DNA of 64,000 nt from Octopus bimaculoides (lineage: Eukaryota): assembly GCF_001194135.2 (NCBI RefSeq), contig NC_068981.1, positions 154,332,741 to 154,396,740 of the forward strand. Reading direction: 5' to 3'. This document shows positions 13,869-25,210 of the stretch, piece after piece. The notes below the pieces were generated by a model that was given only the letters and a program-made list of their open reading frames with translations, was not told the origin of the DNA and did no database searches. Made by a program: the position numbers and the translations under genes. Numbering within the stretch: position 1 is the first letter of the stretch; each line of letters starts with the position of its first letter.

Positions 13869-15446
13869 CTGGAATGATTGCTGCAGAGACAATTATGATG
13901 GATGTGGTTTCCTAGTGTTAATTGTAAATACTTCATGGGATGTTTGGTTTAACTGTTTGTCTGTTCTTGTATAACTGGGATTTAATTATTTGTTCATGCA
14001 TGGTTGAGATTAGTATATGGCTGTGTCTGATGTGCTTTGATAAGTATATTGTCATCTGGTCAGATTTTTTTAGTTATGTTATTATTATTTGTTTATGCTA
14101 TCTGTATAGTCTATTCAGCATTAATGTCATTAACATGAGAATGTCATTTATGCTGAGGAGAATAGGTGTTAAAGCAAATATTTGACATGTTTGCTTATCA
14201 CAAGTTGATAAGAAGAATTCTTTCTTGTTAATCTAATAATTCTATTGTTGTTTGTTGTGTGGAGCCCACATCATTGTTGATCAAGCTGACCTATTATAAA
14301 ATAGGTTCTTACCATGACTGTCCTACCTATTTTTTCAGGTATAATGTACCATTGATGACATTATCAAATATGTATATACTTTTTTTAATGACACTGGATG
14401 TACTTTGAGAGATTTGACTACTATTTCTAGAAAGTTGAGTGACCATGTAGAAGCATCATCAACAGCTTTTAATAATTATATTTAATTTAATATATATGTG
14501 AAGGAAATTTCTTATTAAATCGTTCCATGTGCTTGGTGGGTTGTAAAAGAGATTGAGCAGATAAAGGATTATGTTAGAGTATAATAAGCTATATGCTATA
14601 TTTATATGTGATCTCAAATTAAATACTTTACGGTATCTTGTTCAAGTAACTAATCCTGGTAGGATTGACAAGGGCTTTTGGTTTTCAGTGGTTACATTAG
14701 TTCTTGAGTTGTATCATCTAGCTATGTTCTTCCATTTATTGTGTGTAGTTGAAATAATAAAAAAAAAAATTATGGTATAATGATGTTTATAGTTATTCAA
14801 ATAGTTTTACTATTTATTTTATAATTTTTCCTCCCTTCAGTTGTGTAAATAGATGAATTTTGAGTTTTCTGTGCAAAAGTCTTATGCAAGTTTCAACATC
14901 ATACTTATTTCAAAGTTGCTCTTAAATATTTTCTTGAAATTTGGGAAGTATTTCATAATTGTTATTTTATTTTTATTGGTTTGGTCTTGAAGAAGGGTCT
15001 GTGCTCAAGGCCTTTGCAGGTACTCCAAAACTGGTAACTGATAATCATTTTATTATTTGAAGTTTACTAAGGGAGCAAAATAATAGAATTATTACATGCT
15101 TTGTGGCATTTATTCAGGCCTTTTATATTCTGAATTCAAATCCCATCTGGGTAAACTTTGCCTTTCTTCTTTTTGGGGGTTGATAGAATAAAATACCACT
15201 TGAGTCAATAGTATTGACTTAACTCCTCCTCTCGAAATGGTTGACCTTGTGCCTAAATCAGAAATCATTATTTGAGGCTTACTGATTAGAGGTTTACTTT
15301 TGAAACTTGTTTGTTCTGTATTTCAGCAAAGTTAGCAACCAGTTAACAATTACTAAATCACTTTGGTGATTTACAATTAAAAATACCAGCTGAACATTTA
15401 TCTTTGTATTTGTTTTTACATTTTATCACTCTGTTTTACTTTTCAG

Positions 15447-15472
15447 ATTCTGAGGAAAGAGAAGCTTCAGAA
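15447..15472 (+). CDS. SVIL: 26-nt coding microexon of the supervillin-like gene ((G)AT TCT GAG GAA AGA GAA GCT TCA GAA = DSEEREASE)
   Basis: Strong acceptor (ttttatcactctgttttacttttcAG, 15445-46) and consensus donor GTAAGT (15473). Enters in phase 1 and exits in phase 0, which matches the phase-0 start of the next exon at 19318. Confidence 0.6.
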
Positions 15473-16365
15473 GTAAGTAATCTTGCTTTTTCTAATTTCA
15501 TATTAAATCCTCTTATGTAGGATATTCATTTTAAATCAAATTTATGTTGTATAAATGAAATTTTAATTTGAATCTGTAGATTTTAAATCCTTTCTTTCTG
15601 TTGTGTCTTTTTCTGCATTTAGTTCTTTACTTTATTTAGAAAAGCACAGTGATGGTGATAAATAAGTGCTAACTTTTATTTCCTCATATAGACTTAAGCT
15701 TAAACTTAGATCCTTCCACATTGTGAAATTCATAAGGCAATAATCTTCCTCCAGTGTGGTTGATCTGCAGTTGTTCCTGCTCCTGCAGGTCCTTGTACAT
15801 TGAGGTGTTCTTAGAATGTCCAGTTCCAAGTGCTCTTGACTCTTCTCCTATTTTCTTTTTTCCAGTGTCTATGTTAGTGCCATATTTACATGTTGAGTGA
15901 TTGGCATGCAAATGTGACTTGCCAGACAAAGCCAAAGCAGCACCATGATTTTTTGCAGTGGCTGGGATTTAATTCATAGAGAGGATTTTCTCAATTGAAG
16001 TCTGTCCCACCAGCTAACTCTGATGTTTTTCATTAGACATCATTGATACAATATGTCTAACTTTTTGGCCAACTTCAACATTTTTTATGTGTCACAAACA
16101 TACAAAACCATTAGCAGAACTAAAGCCATATTTTCATGTCAGCATTGATGCTTGTTGTCAGCAAGATTTAATGCAGTTTCTGAAATATGGTCTGCGTTTT
16201 GCCAATTCTGCAATTTACATTACTTTCTAGGCTTACATCACTACTGATTACACAGCCTAGGCAAGAGAAATTGTCCACATTTTCCATATCTTACTGCCTG
16301 ATGAAGAAGGCATGATGGTTTGTGGTTTTAATCTGCATTCTCTCTCTCTCTCTCTCTCTCTCACA

Positions 16366-16405
<40 letters not shown>

Positions 16406-16407
<2 letters not shown>

Positions 16408-17510
16408 ACCATCATCCTCATTTAATGTCCACTTTCCATGCTGGCATGGGTAGGATGGTTTGATAAGGAATGTTGAGCTGCAAGATTACATTGAGCTCTA
16501 GTGTCATCTTTGACATGGCTTCTATTGCTGGATTCCCTTCCTAATGCCAACCACTTTCCAGAGAATGTACTGAGTGCTTTTTTCATACTACTTGCACTAG
16601 TGAGATTGCTGTGTAACTTGTATGACAGCAAAAAAACAGAGTAAAAAGAAAAGGAAAAAGCTCCTACTATTAAAAGGGAATATTTGGGATGGAAAGGTGG
16701 TGATGGGTGGCTGTATGCCAGTTGTTGAAAGGGAGAAGCACAGGTGTTTTGTTATAGAGGAGATAAGGCAAAAATAATGATGGGGTACTAGAACAAACTC
16801 TCAAGGAACAAGAAGGTGAACATAAGAAGAGACATGCACAGTGGATCATGGGAGGGGATGAGAGAATGGATGCTTTAAGAGTGTGATGAGGGAGTAAACA
16901 AGTGGAGGTAGGGGTTAATGTTAAATTTTTGGAGGGGATAAAATGTAATATTTGTGATATTGCCCTCGGGTGAGTACAACAACTGCTTAGTACCACAAAT
17001 AATGGGGAAGAAATGCTTGATGTGTCAGGGAACAGGGTTAGGGTTAGGGTTAGGGTTTGTTGGGATTCCTCAAGAATTGCCTACTGCAGGAAAGATAACT
17101 GAGACAGCTGTAGTTACTACAGTTGCAAGTATAGATCCAAGTGACAGGGCTTTTAGGATACAATTTTTGTTGTAATGAGTGGTTTTAGGATATAATTTTT
17201 GTTGTAATGAGTCATCTTGAGCACAGTAAAACATCACTCATCTTGGTCCTTTGTCATCTCCTCCATAGGGCTCAACATCTTGAAATCAGCCCTCAGTATT
17301 TCACCCCATGTCTTCCTGGGTCTCCCTCAACCACGAGTTTCATCCAATTCAAGCAATTGACACTTATTTATGCAACTGTTGTCATCCATACACATCACAT
17401 GTAGTCATCTCTCTTGCATGCTACATATAATTCCTCTTATGACTAACATTTTTCTCAATACATTTGCGCTTTATCAATCAGGCACACTCACATTGCGCAT
17501 CTAGTGGAGT
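16406..17510 (-). mobile_element. Old RTE-clade LINE 3' fragment, interrupted by the telomere/exon insertion
   Basis: The minus strand of about 17300-17420 gives LHVMCMDD and RG*GRPRKTWG (RTE C-terminal GHV-x-RM...GRGRPRKTW pattern). 16406-16630 is the inverted 3' tail. Confidence 0.65.
17032..17149 (+). other. Composite insertion: ACAGGG + (TTAGGG)3 + exact 87-bp copy of exon sequence 21511-21597 + G + ACAGGG
   Basis: Base-by-base comparison shows 17056-17142 is identical to 21511-21597. TTAGGG occurs at 17038-43, 17044-49 and 17050-55. ACAGGG occurs at 17032-37 and 17144-49. Confidence 0.9.
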
Positions 17511-19317
17511 GTACTAACTCCATTCCTGCATTCAGCGTCCACGTCTCAGTAAACACATGCATGTGTGTGTGTGCGCGCGCGTGCACACACACACACACAC
17601 ACGTACATACATGTGTGTGTGTGTGTGTTTTGCAGTAGAGGAGGAACCTGTCTACCTCAGGTGAAGAGAAATATAAGATGAAGATATGATCGGTATATCC
17701 TCAAGTTACGGGAAGGTGTATATGGTGAAGTGGACTGAGGATGGGAGGGGTGAGTGGGTGGATAAATTCTGAGATTGCAAAACAGAGTGGGAGATGGAGG
17801 AGGGAATGTAGTGAATGGGCACAGGTAGAGAGATGGGGTATTAGGAGGATATGTTGTGGGGAAGATACACACAAATGTACTCAGTTTTATTAAGTGGTAA
17901 GGAAAGACAACAAATGTTTAATTTTAGAGAATACATTACCTTTAGTATTGGTGTGAACTAAGAAAAAAAAAATGCATGTGTCAAGCTAGCTATTAGAACT
18001 GAAATCAATCAGAAAATATATTGATGAAAATTAAAGATGGCATTAACTCTCCACTCATTATTCTATTTATTACTAGCTTATTTCAGAATTGTATCGACTA
18101 TTATTAGCATAAGCCTAAGTTATCAATGGTATAAAAATACTAAATATTAACTGAACTTTATATTTTAGCTTCTTTTGCAACTATTATAAAAGGATTTACA
18201 AATTAGAAATTGTTACATTTTCCTAATTAGCTGCTTCAGATTGTTGTTTACATTTATTACTTGTTTCTAATTCATTACATTACTCGGGTGTTTATCTATT
18301 TCTAAAATTTATTCAAACTGTCAAATCTTGGATCATTCACACAATTTTCCTATCTGGTACCTGATATTAAACTGTAAATATTTTATGTAAGACAGCACTT
18401 TTTGTTGCAGAAATGTGATAAATACATTTATTTTTTATATTTATCTGTTAGCTATAAATACAATGCTGTTTTGTTTGTTTCAAAATATTTAAGGCCAAAG
18501 CGGATGGGATTGGCTTGTAACCTGTTGAGATATTTCTAGGGAGGAAAGATTTAGTATACTTTCATTTAGGTTACTTTGGTTTTCCTTGAAGCATTGTAAA
18601 TTTACTGTCGTAGAAGAAAACAGGCAAGTGAGGTTGTATTACAGTCTATACAAGATATACGCATGTTTTAATGTTTTTTTTAATAAATGTTTCCTTACAA
18701 CTGTTGAGTTATATATATTTAACTAGTACAGCAAAGTTTATATATGTTTTATGAACTAAAAGGACACTATGTAGCTAAAGTATATTATTCCCATTGCTTA
18801 GTTGTCATATTTCTTTCTGTTTTCTGTAATCTTTGATTGGAATAGATTGTATCTATATTTTGTTTTTACAACTTAATACTGATGAGAATAGAACTGAAAA
18901 GTGTGTTTTATTTTCTCTCCTTTATATTTTAAATGTTAGTTGTAATTGTGTTAGTAATAATGAGTTGCTGAGGTTAATGAATGTCAATTCGCTTCTAGCA
19001 CCTGGGTGATGATGCTGTTTAATATACAAATAATTTCTCACCAGAACAACCAGTGCGTAACTCATTAAAGGATCTTGCCCTTATTTGTTTCATAGATCTA
19101 GCATTTGTCCATTCTCTATCTGTTAGTGTTTTGTATATTCTCAAAGAGAATAATTTAATTGTATATTTTGTAAACTTTATCATTTATTCTATTAAATTCT
19201 ATCAACTATCTTTTAAAAGTTTATCTGTATATAATGATATTCTGTGGCCACAGTTCAGTGGCTGGAGCTAGTAAAAGAATATTCATTTTGAATTTTTTTT
19301 TTTCTTTTAACTTTCAG

Positions 19318-22300
19318 TATTTGTCTGTTTCTGATGGTTCAACAAGTAATAAGACATTTTCTGAACCTTCTAATGTCAATGTAATGAGCTCACAAAATGC
19401 TTATTATGCAGCACGTAATATACCTGGTACTTCTGCTACTGGTTTAGAAGGAAAGAGAATTAGTAATATCACTACTTCAGAATCAGAAAGAGAATTAACA
19501 AGTGAAAGTGAAAGATTTATTTGCAATGCAAAACCTAAGATACCATCTTATGCAAAAGTGCGAAGCACTAGTTCAAAAGCTATGGATTCTCAACAGCCAA
19601 ATATCTCTTCAATACCCACTGAGCCTCAGAAGAATGATTTTACCACAGATCATGTTCAACAATCTCTTTATTCATCAAAAAATGCAATAAAATTATCAAA
19701 TACTGCAGAAACAACTCACAATATACATTCTGGAGGACTGTCTATAAAAAATAAATTGGTTCACACGAATAAAAACGAAGATGTAGATTTACGATCTAAA
19801 CTAGTTTCTCATGATATATCAAAAACCATTGGTGCTAAGGTGACTAACAAAACACCATCTGTTACAACCAAAAGTACTGATGGTGCAACAGTTCCAAAAA
19901 CAGTACCTGGTGCAACAAAGAGCATTGATGCTTTAGGAGTTTCTAAAACAGCACTAACTGCTGCAAAAACTACAACTACAACAGTAACTCCTAAAACATC
20001 ACCAACTGTAATGAAAACCACCAATACTGCAGTGGTTTCCAAATCAGCACTTGCTGCCAAGAAGACCACTGATGCTACATTGGCTCCTAAAGGAGCTCCT
20101 GTTGTAACAAAATCTACTGATACTACAGTAGCTTCAAAAACATCATCTGTTACAACAAAAGCTCCTAGTACAACAGTGGTCTCCAAAACAGCACCTGTAG
20201 CAACAAAAACGATTGATGCTACAGTGGCTCCCAAAACAGCACCTGTGGCAACAAAAACGATTGGTGCTACAGTGGCCCCCAAAACAGCACCTGTGGCAAC
20301 AAAAACGAATGATGCTACAGTGGCCCCCAAAACAGCACCTGNNNNNNNNNNTGGTGCTACAGTGGCCCCCAAAACAGCACCTGTGGCAACAAAAACGAAT
20401 GATGCTACAGTGGCCCCCAAAACAGCACCTGTGGCAACAAAAACGATTGCTGCTACAGTGGCTCCTAAAACAGCACCTGTGGTAGCAAAAACTGTTGATG
20501 CTACAGTGGCCCCCAAAACAGCACCTGTGGTAACAAAAACTGTTGATGCTACAGTGGCCCCCAAAACAGCACCTGTGCCAATGAAAACTGTTGATGCTGC
20601 AGTAGCTCTTAAAACGGAATCTGTTGTAACAAAAACCACTAATGCAACATTGGTTCCTAAAACAGCTCCTGTTGCAATAGTGGCTTCCACCACTCCAACA
20701 AATATCAGTGATACTAAACTAGCTGCTGACACAACACCTTCATCAACAAGCGTCAGTAATACTACACTGATTCTAAAGACACCAACAACAGTACCAAAGA
20801 CAACAGACTCAGCAATAGGTCCTAAAATAGCAACTACTATGACAACGACCACTAAAACCTCTAGTACAACTGACCCTCTTCAGACTTTGACCTCTACAAC
20901 AAAGAGCTTAGATACAACGATGGCCCCTCAAGCCTTACCAACTGCAACAAAGCTCATACATACAACAGTGGCTTCAAAATCAGAACCTACAGCAACAGAA
21001 ATTACAGATTCTACAGCAGCTTCTCAAATACCATCAACTGTGACAATGAACACAGCTACAGAGGTGGATCAAAAAGTTCCTTATACCCTAATGGCTCCTG
21101 TAATAGCATCAACTAAAGCAAAAACCACAGATATCAAAACAGCATGCTTGGAAACAAAACCTACAGAAATTACAGCAATTTCTAAACCAACACCTACTAC
21201 AACAAAAATGTTAGATGCCACAACATCTTCAAGTACAATTCAAACTACAACAAAATCCACAGATAGCACAGTTTCTCTTAAAACACTTCCTGTTACAACA
21301 ACAGTCACAGATGCAAGTGTAACATCAGCTTCTAAAGCAATGCCTGCTACAATTACTAATGCAAATAACGTTGTACTTAGCAAAACAACTGGTATTACTT
21401 TAAAATCTCCAGAGACTACAATGTCTCCCAAAATAATACAAACTACAACAAAACCTATAGATGCTACTGTGACTGATAACTTGACCTCTGTTGTAGAAAA
21501 ACACACTGATTTTGTTGGGATTCCTCAAGAATTGCCTACTGCAGGAAAGATAACTGAGACAGCTGTAGTTACTACAGTTGCAAGTATAGATCCAAGTATT
21601 AAGACCAAACAAATAATTTCTGAACCTAAAACTGTAACTACCTCTGTTGAAAGATCAAGTGCTACTGACTCAATTACAGGACCAAAAGCTAGTGCCACAG
21701 CTGTGATTCCAACACCAGTTGCATTTACATCTGAAGGTATAGCTGTAGCCTCAAAAATAGTGACTACTGCAAGTAAGAATACCGACACAATCACAATAAC
21801 AACAACAAAAGCACCAATATCTAAAACAACAGAAACAGTGACAGTAACAAAAAGTATGACCACTCCAACTGAAACTTCATCCACCAGCACAGCTGTCACT
21901 CAGCCGACTATAACTAAACCCACTGATATTACGAAATCTGTGGATAAGATTCAAGGTGTGAATTTAGCAGCAATGAATGGAACTGTTGAAAAAATGAAAA
22001 CAGCAACTATAGAAGCTAATAAAACATCTAAGGAAATCCACAAAGCTAATACTGTTGAAACCAGTTCTATAGTGCAGAGTACTGTAAACATTAAAGATCT
22101 ATCAACTCCATCTGACATCAGTAGTATGGACAAGTTTTCTGAGACACCAACTGTGAAGTCTGATATGACAATGAACAGTAATGTATATGCACCTACAGCT
22201 GCTGATTTAGATAAAACAAATATTTCATCAATGGCACAAACTAATATTTCTTTATCTAAAACCACAAAAACATCCCTTCCTACACAAACATCAGCGACTT

Positions 22301-22829
22301 TAACAGGAACCTTAGAAAATATAGCAGTCACTGAATCTAAGGATACAGCTCACACTAAAGTATTATCTTCTGGCACTAAAACAGATGTTTCTTCTGATAC
22401 TAATGTTGTAGGCCTCACTGGGGCTTCAGAGAAAATCATAGACACTAATAAAAAGACACCTTTTTCAACATCTGACATAAAAGACAAATCATTAGAAAGA
22501 TCTGTATCAACTACTTCCTCAACGCTCATCATGTCAACAAAAACATCAAAAGACAATGATGAGAATAGAGATGAGATAAAAAAACCAGCTACTCCAAATA
22601 CTGTATCACAAATCTCTAAACATAGGAAAAGTGAAGGTTCAATTGATACTCCTCACTTAAGCATTCATCGAGGTATCTTAAAGCGCACTTCTTCTCTGCA
22701 CAAGCAAAATTCATGTTCTGAAGAATTGGATCCAGAGTTAGCAGAAGTCTTCCAGTCCAGGAGAAGTAAAGAGGAAATTGATGATTATACTTCTGAACAA
22801 GATGTTTTTGATGAAAGTCAGTTTCTTCG
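19318..22829 (+). CDS. SVIL: Giant 3512-nt coding exon (about 1170 aa; Thr/Ala/Pro/Lys/Ser-rich, repeat-containing) of the supervillin-like gene
   Basis: Lies in the uninterrupted ORF 19234-22833. Acceptor ttttttttttcttttaactttcAG (19316-17) is codon-aligned (YLSVSDG...). Donor CG|GTAAGT at 22830 (phase 2) matches the phase-2 acceptor at 25073 (CG+A = Arg). Confidence 0.8.
19828..20690 (+). repeat. Coding 48-bp (16-aa) tandem repeat, consensus (I/N/V)DATVAPKTAPVATKT, about 18 units as assembled
   Basis: gatgctacagtggcccccaaaacagcacctgtggcaacaaaaacg recurs with a 48-nt period. Central units are near-identical and flanking units are degenerate. A 10-N gap lies at 20342-20351. Confidence 0.92.
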
Positions 22830-25072
22830 GTAAGTTTACTGATACTTATGATAATCAGTGTTATACTTTATTTAAAATTATGATTCTGGAGTAAGCAATG
22901 TTTCTCCTAAGATTAAAATAAATGCTCCATCTAGCTTTAAAAACTTTATTAAAACTTTTTTTGATATTTCACAACTGAGTTTCTCTGGCTGATACCAATA
23001 TGTTAAATCTATAATATTGTTACTTGCTTAATTCCCATCACTAATTACTTTTCCTAAGTCTTAGAAATTGTTGTTTCCCTGTGACCCATTATAGCTATCA
23101 AGCATCTTTAACTTTTGATTGTCCAGCATATCAGTTGTCTAATCACTTTTGATAAATTAAAAATTTTGATTCAGTAGATTTTAACTTAGAACCTTACCCA
23201 GAGTATATATTATTGTTGCCCATTTCTTTCCTACAGATTAACTTTATATTGTATTTCTAGTAATCATCAACTACATATGCATTTCAGTTTTTAAAATAGT
23301 TAAGATTTTAGGCAAGATAGGTTTTAGATAATTATTATAACATTTTAATTTATTGATATAATGAGCTGATATTTAGAATAAAATTTAGCAATAGAATTCC
23401 TACATGAAATTATGGAATTTTTGAGGATTTGTTATATGTGACCATCGACATTCTCAGCCAGATTGGCACATAAAGGGCCAAAAATAATTCCTGAATTGTT
23501 AGGACATGGAACTCCTGCATATTCAAGGATTTTGACCAGAAGCTGTTCTTTTAAATTCAAATAGTTGTATGTTAGCAAATTAATTAACAGAGATTGCCTG
23601 AAAATAGAAACCATGTTTACCCCAATGAACATTTCACAACCAAATATGAAGGTAATGAATTAATGCTAGAAGAATCTTGATGAAGTCTAAGAAGCTGAGA
23701 ATAAAATGAACTTGAAAAGCTTCATTAAACTGATTGCTAAGGTGAATTTATGTGCACTTTTTTCTAATTTCTTTATTAATAAGAATCCAGATATTTCCCT
23801 TACAATTTGTCATTACTGATAGGGAGTCAAATATTGGTCCCATTCCTTTTATCACTATGTTTTCTTTCTCAAAGGTAAGTTAGTATTATAAGGTATTGGT
23901 TACTGAAACATTTCTCAGATGACTGTCAAGATTGATTATAATGTCAGTAGTTTCATAGTATGAAATTGATTCCAATGAATAGTTAATTAAGCACTTAAGG
24001 AGAGATCTGAACTACTTTACTCCTCTATTAGTGTGACCACTAATAGAGTAGTAAAGCACTATCATTATGCTTAATTTGACCTATTAAATACACTTCTTTT
24101 TATTAATTTAAGCAGCTAAAAATAAAATGTTTTTCACTTGGTAGAACAATGACAGCATAGATTAATGCTAATTACTATTTTGTGTCTGTATCAAACTTAA
24201 CCAATTGCTTTTTTTATACAATCTTGTGCATTCTTTATGTTATTTCTCAAATCAAACAAACAACAGGAGGAATCCAATAAAAGCAAGCTAACTGTTGACC
24301 CATGACTTTAACTGTGCCACAGCCACAAAAAAGGGAGCCTACATTATGTCCCCTTTTCAGTTTGGAGTCCATATACCCCAAATACAGTGAAGGATCATTT
24401 AAGAGTTTCCCTCTTGACAAAGATTTAAAATTTATCAAGCTCTCTGACAAATTTTGAATCTTTCAAATCTTATTACTAACATGGATTATCAAAATAGAAA
24501 AATAACATTATTTATTTGTTTTATTCATAGCATTTCATTCGTGACAATAGCCTTTCTTTTTTTTTTACCTTGATTACTTTTTTATTGAAAAATTCTTCAG
24601 GCTAACATTCTAACATTTATAAACTGAACTCATTTAGTTTCTTAAATCAAAAGTGCTTAGATTCTCCTCTTCTCCCCATTTCATATATATGCTCACATAT
24701 ACATGATTATGTATATACACATGTATTAAAACAAGCTTTTAGAACTTAAGTGCAAGGGGAAAAAATAAATTTAGTACTTACATCCATTACCAATTGAAGC
24801 TTTTTGATTTACATGACTTGTTTATGAAATTTCGCTTCTTTATAATCTTTATAAATTCATGCACTCCTTAATTAAAACCTTTGCATAATTGTATGCATAT
24901 AAATTTATGAATTTCTTTTTTCAGTTATACATTTAAATACTGTTTAATGCATGTTTTGGGGGATATAATGCAATCTTTTTATTTGTTTCTGTTTTGGTAT
25001 TCAGCTGGTAGTATAAAGAAATTGTTCTCTATTGTATCAAGATCTTACATCTATGTTTCTTATATATTTTAG

Positions 25073-25210
25073 ACAAGATTCTTTACAATCAGAGGTTATT
25101 AATGAAAAACCTGAAGAAAAAACGCTGTCAGTATCAGAAAGAATTTCTCAAATGGAAACTCAAATTTCATCAACATCGGGAGCTGCTACTCCAAAAACAC
25201 CGAGATCAAG
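25073..25210 (+). CDS. SVIL: Coding exon (RQDSLQSEVINEKPEEKTLSVSERISQMETQISSTSGAATPKTPRSR)
   Basis: ttttAG acceptor at 25071-72 and AG|GTAAAT donor at 25211. 138 nt, phase 2/2. Overlaps ORF 25032-25214. Confidence 0.85.

Noticed and set aside
1-15446. Upstream start exon or promoter of the supervillin-like gene
   Set aside because: No convincing ATG-containing exon with a phase-1 donor and no CpG-rich promoter was found. It is probably outside the window or in a gap.
16954-17175. 73-aa ORF containing GLGLGLG plus exon-derived peptide, or a functional duplicated exon
   Set aside because: It is a by-product of the TTAGGG/exon insertion. There is no polypyrimidine tract, and using any TTAG acceptor after the phase-0 microexon gives a stop codon.
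19234-19317. ATG at 19234 as the start of a 1199-aa single-exon mucin gene
   Set aside because: The first 28 codons run through a polypyrimidine tract and acceptor, and the ORF ends at a GTAAGT donor. It is better explained as an internal exon.
19809-22556. Long Val/Ala/Gly-rich minus-strand ORFs (347, 88, 124, 126, 68 aa)
   Set aside because: These are antisense shadows of the giant exon. The Thr/Lys/Pro codons read as Val/Gly/Phe on the opposite strand, and the repeat lacks TTA/CTA/TCA codons. There are no independent gene signals.
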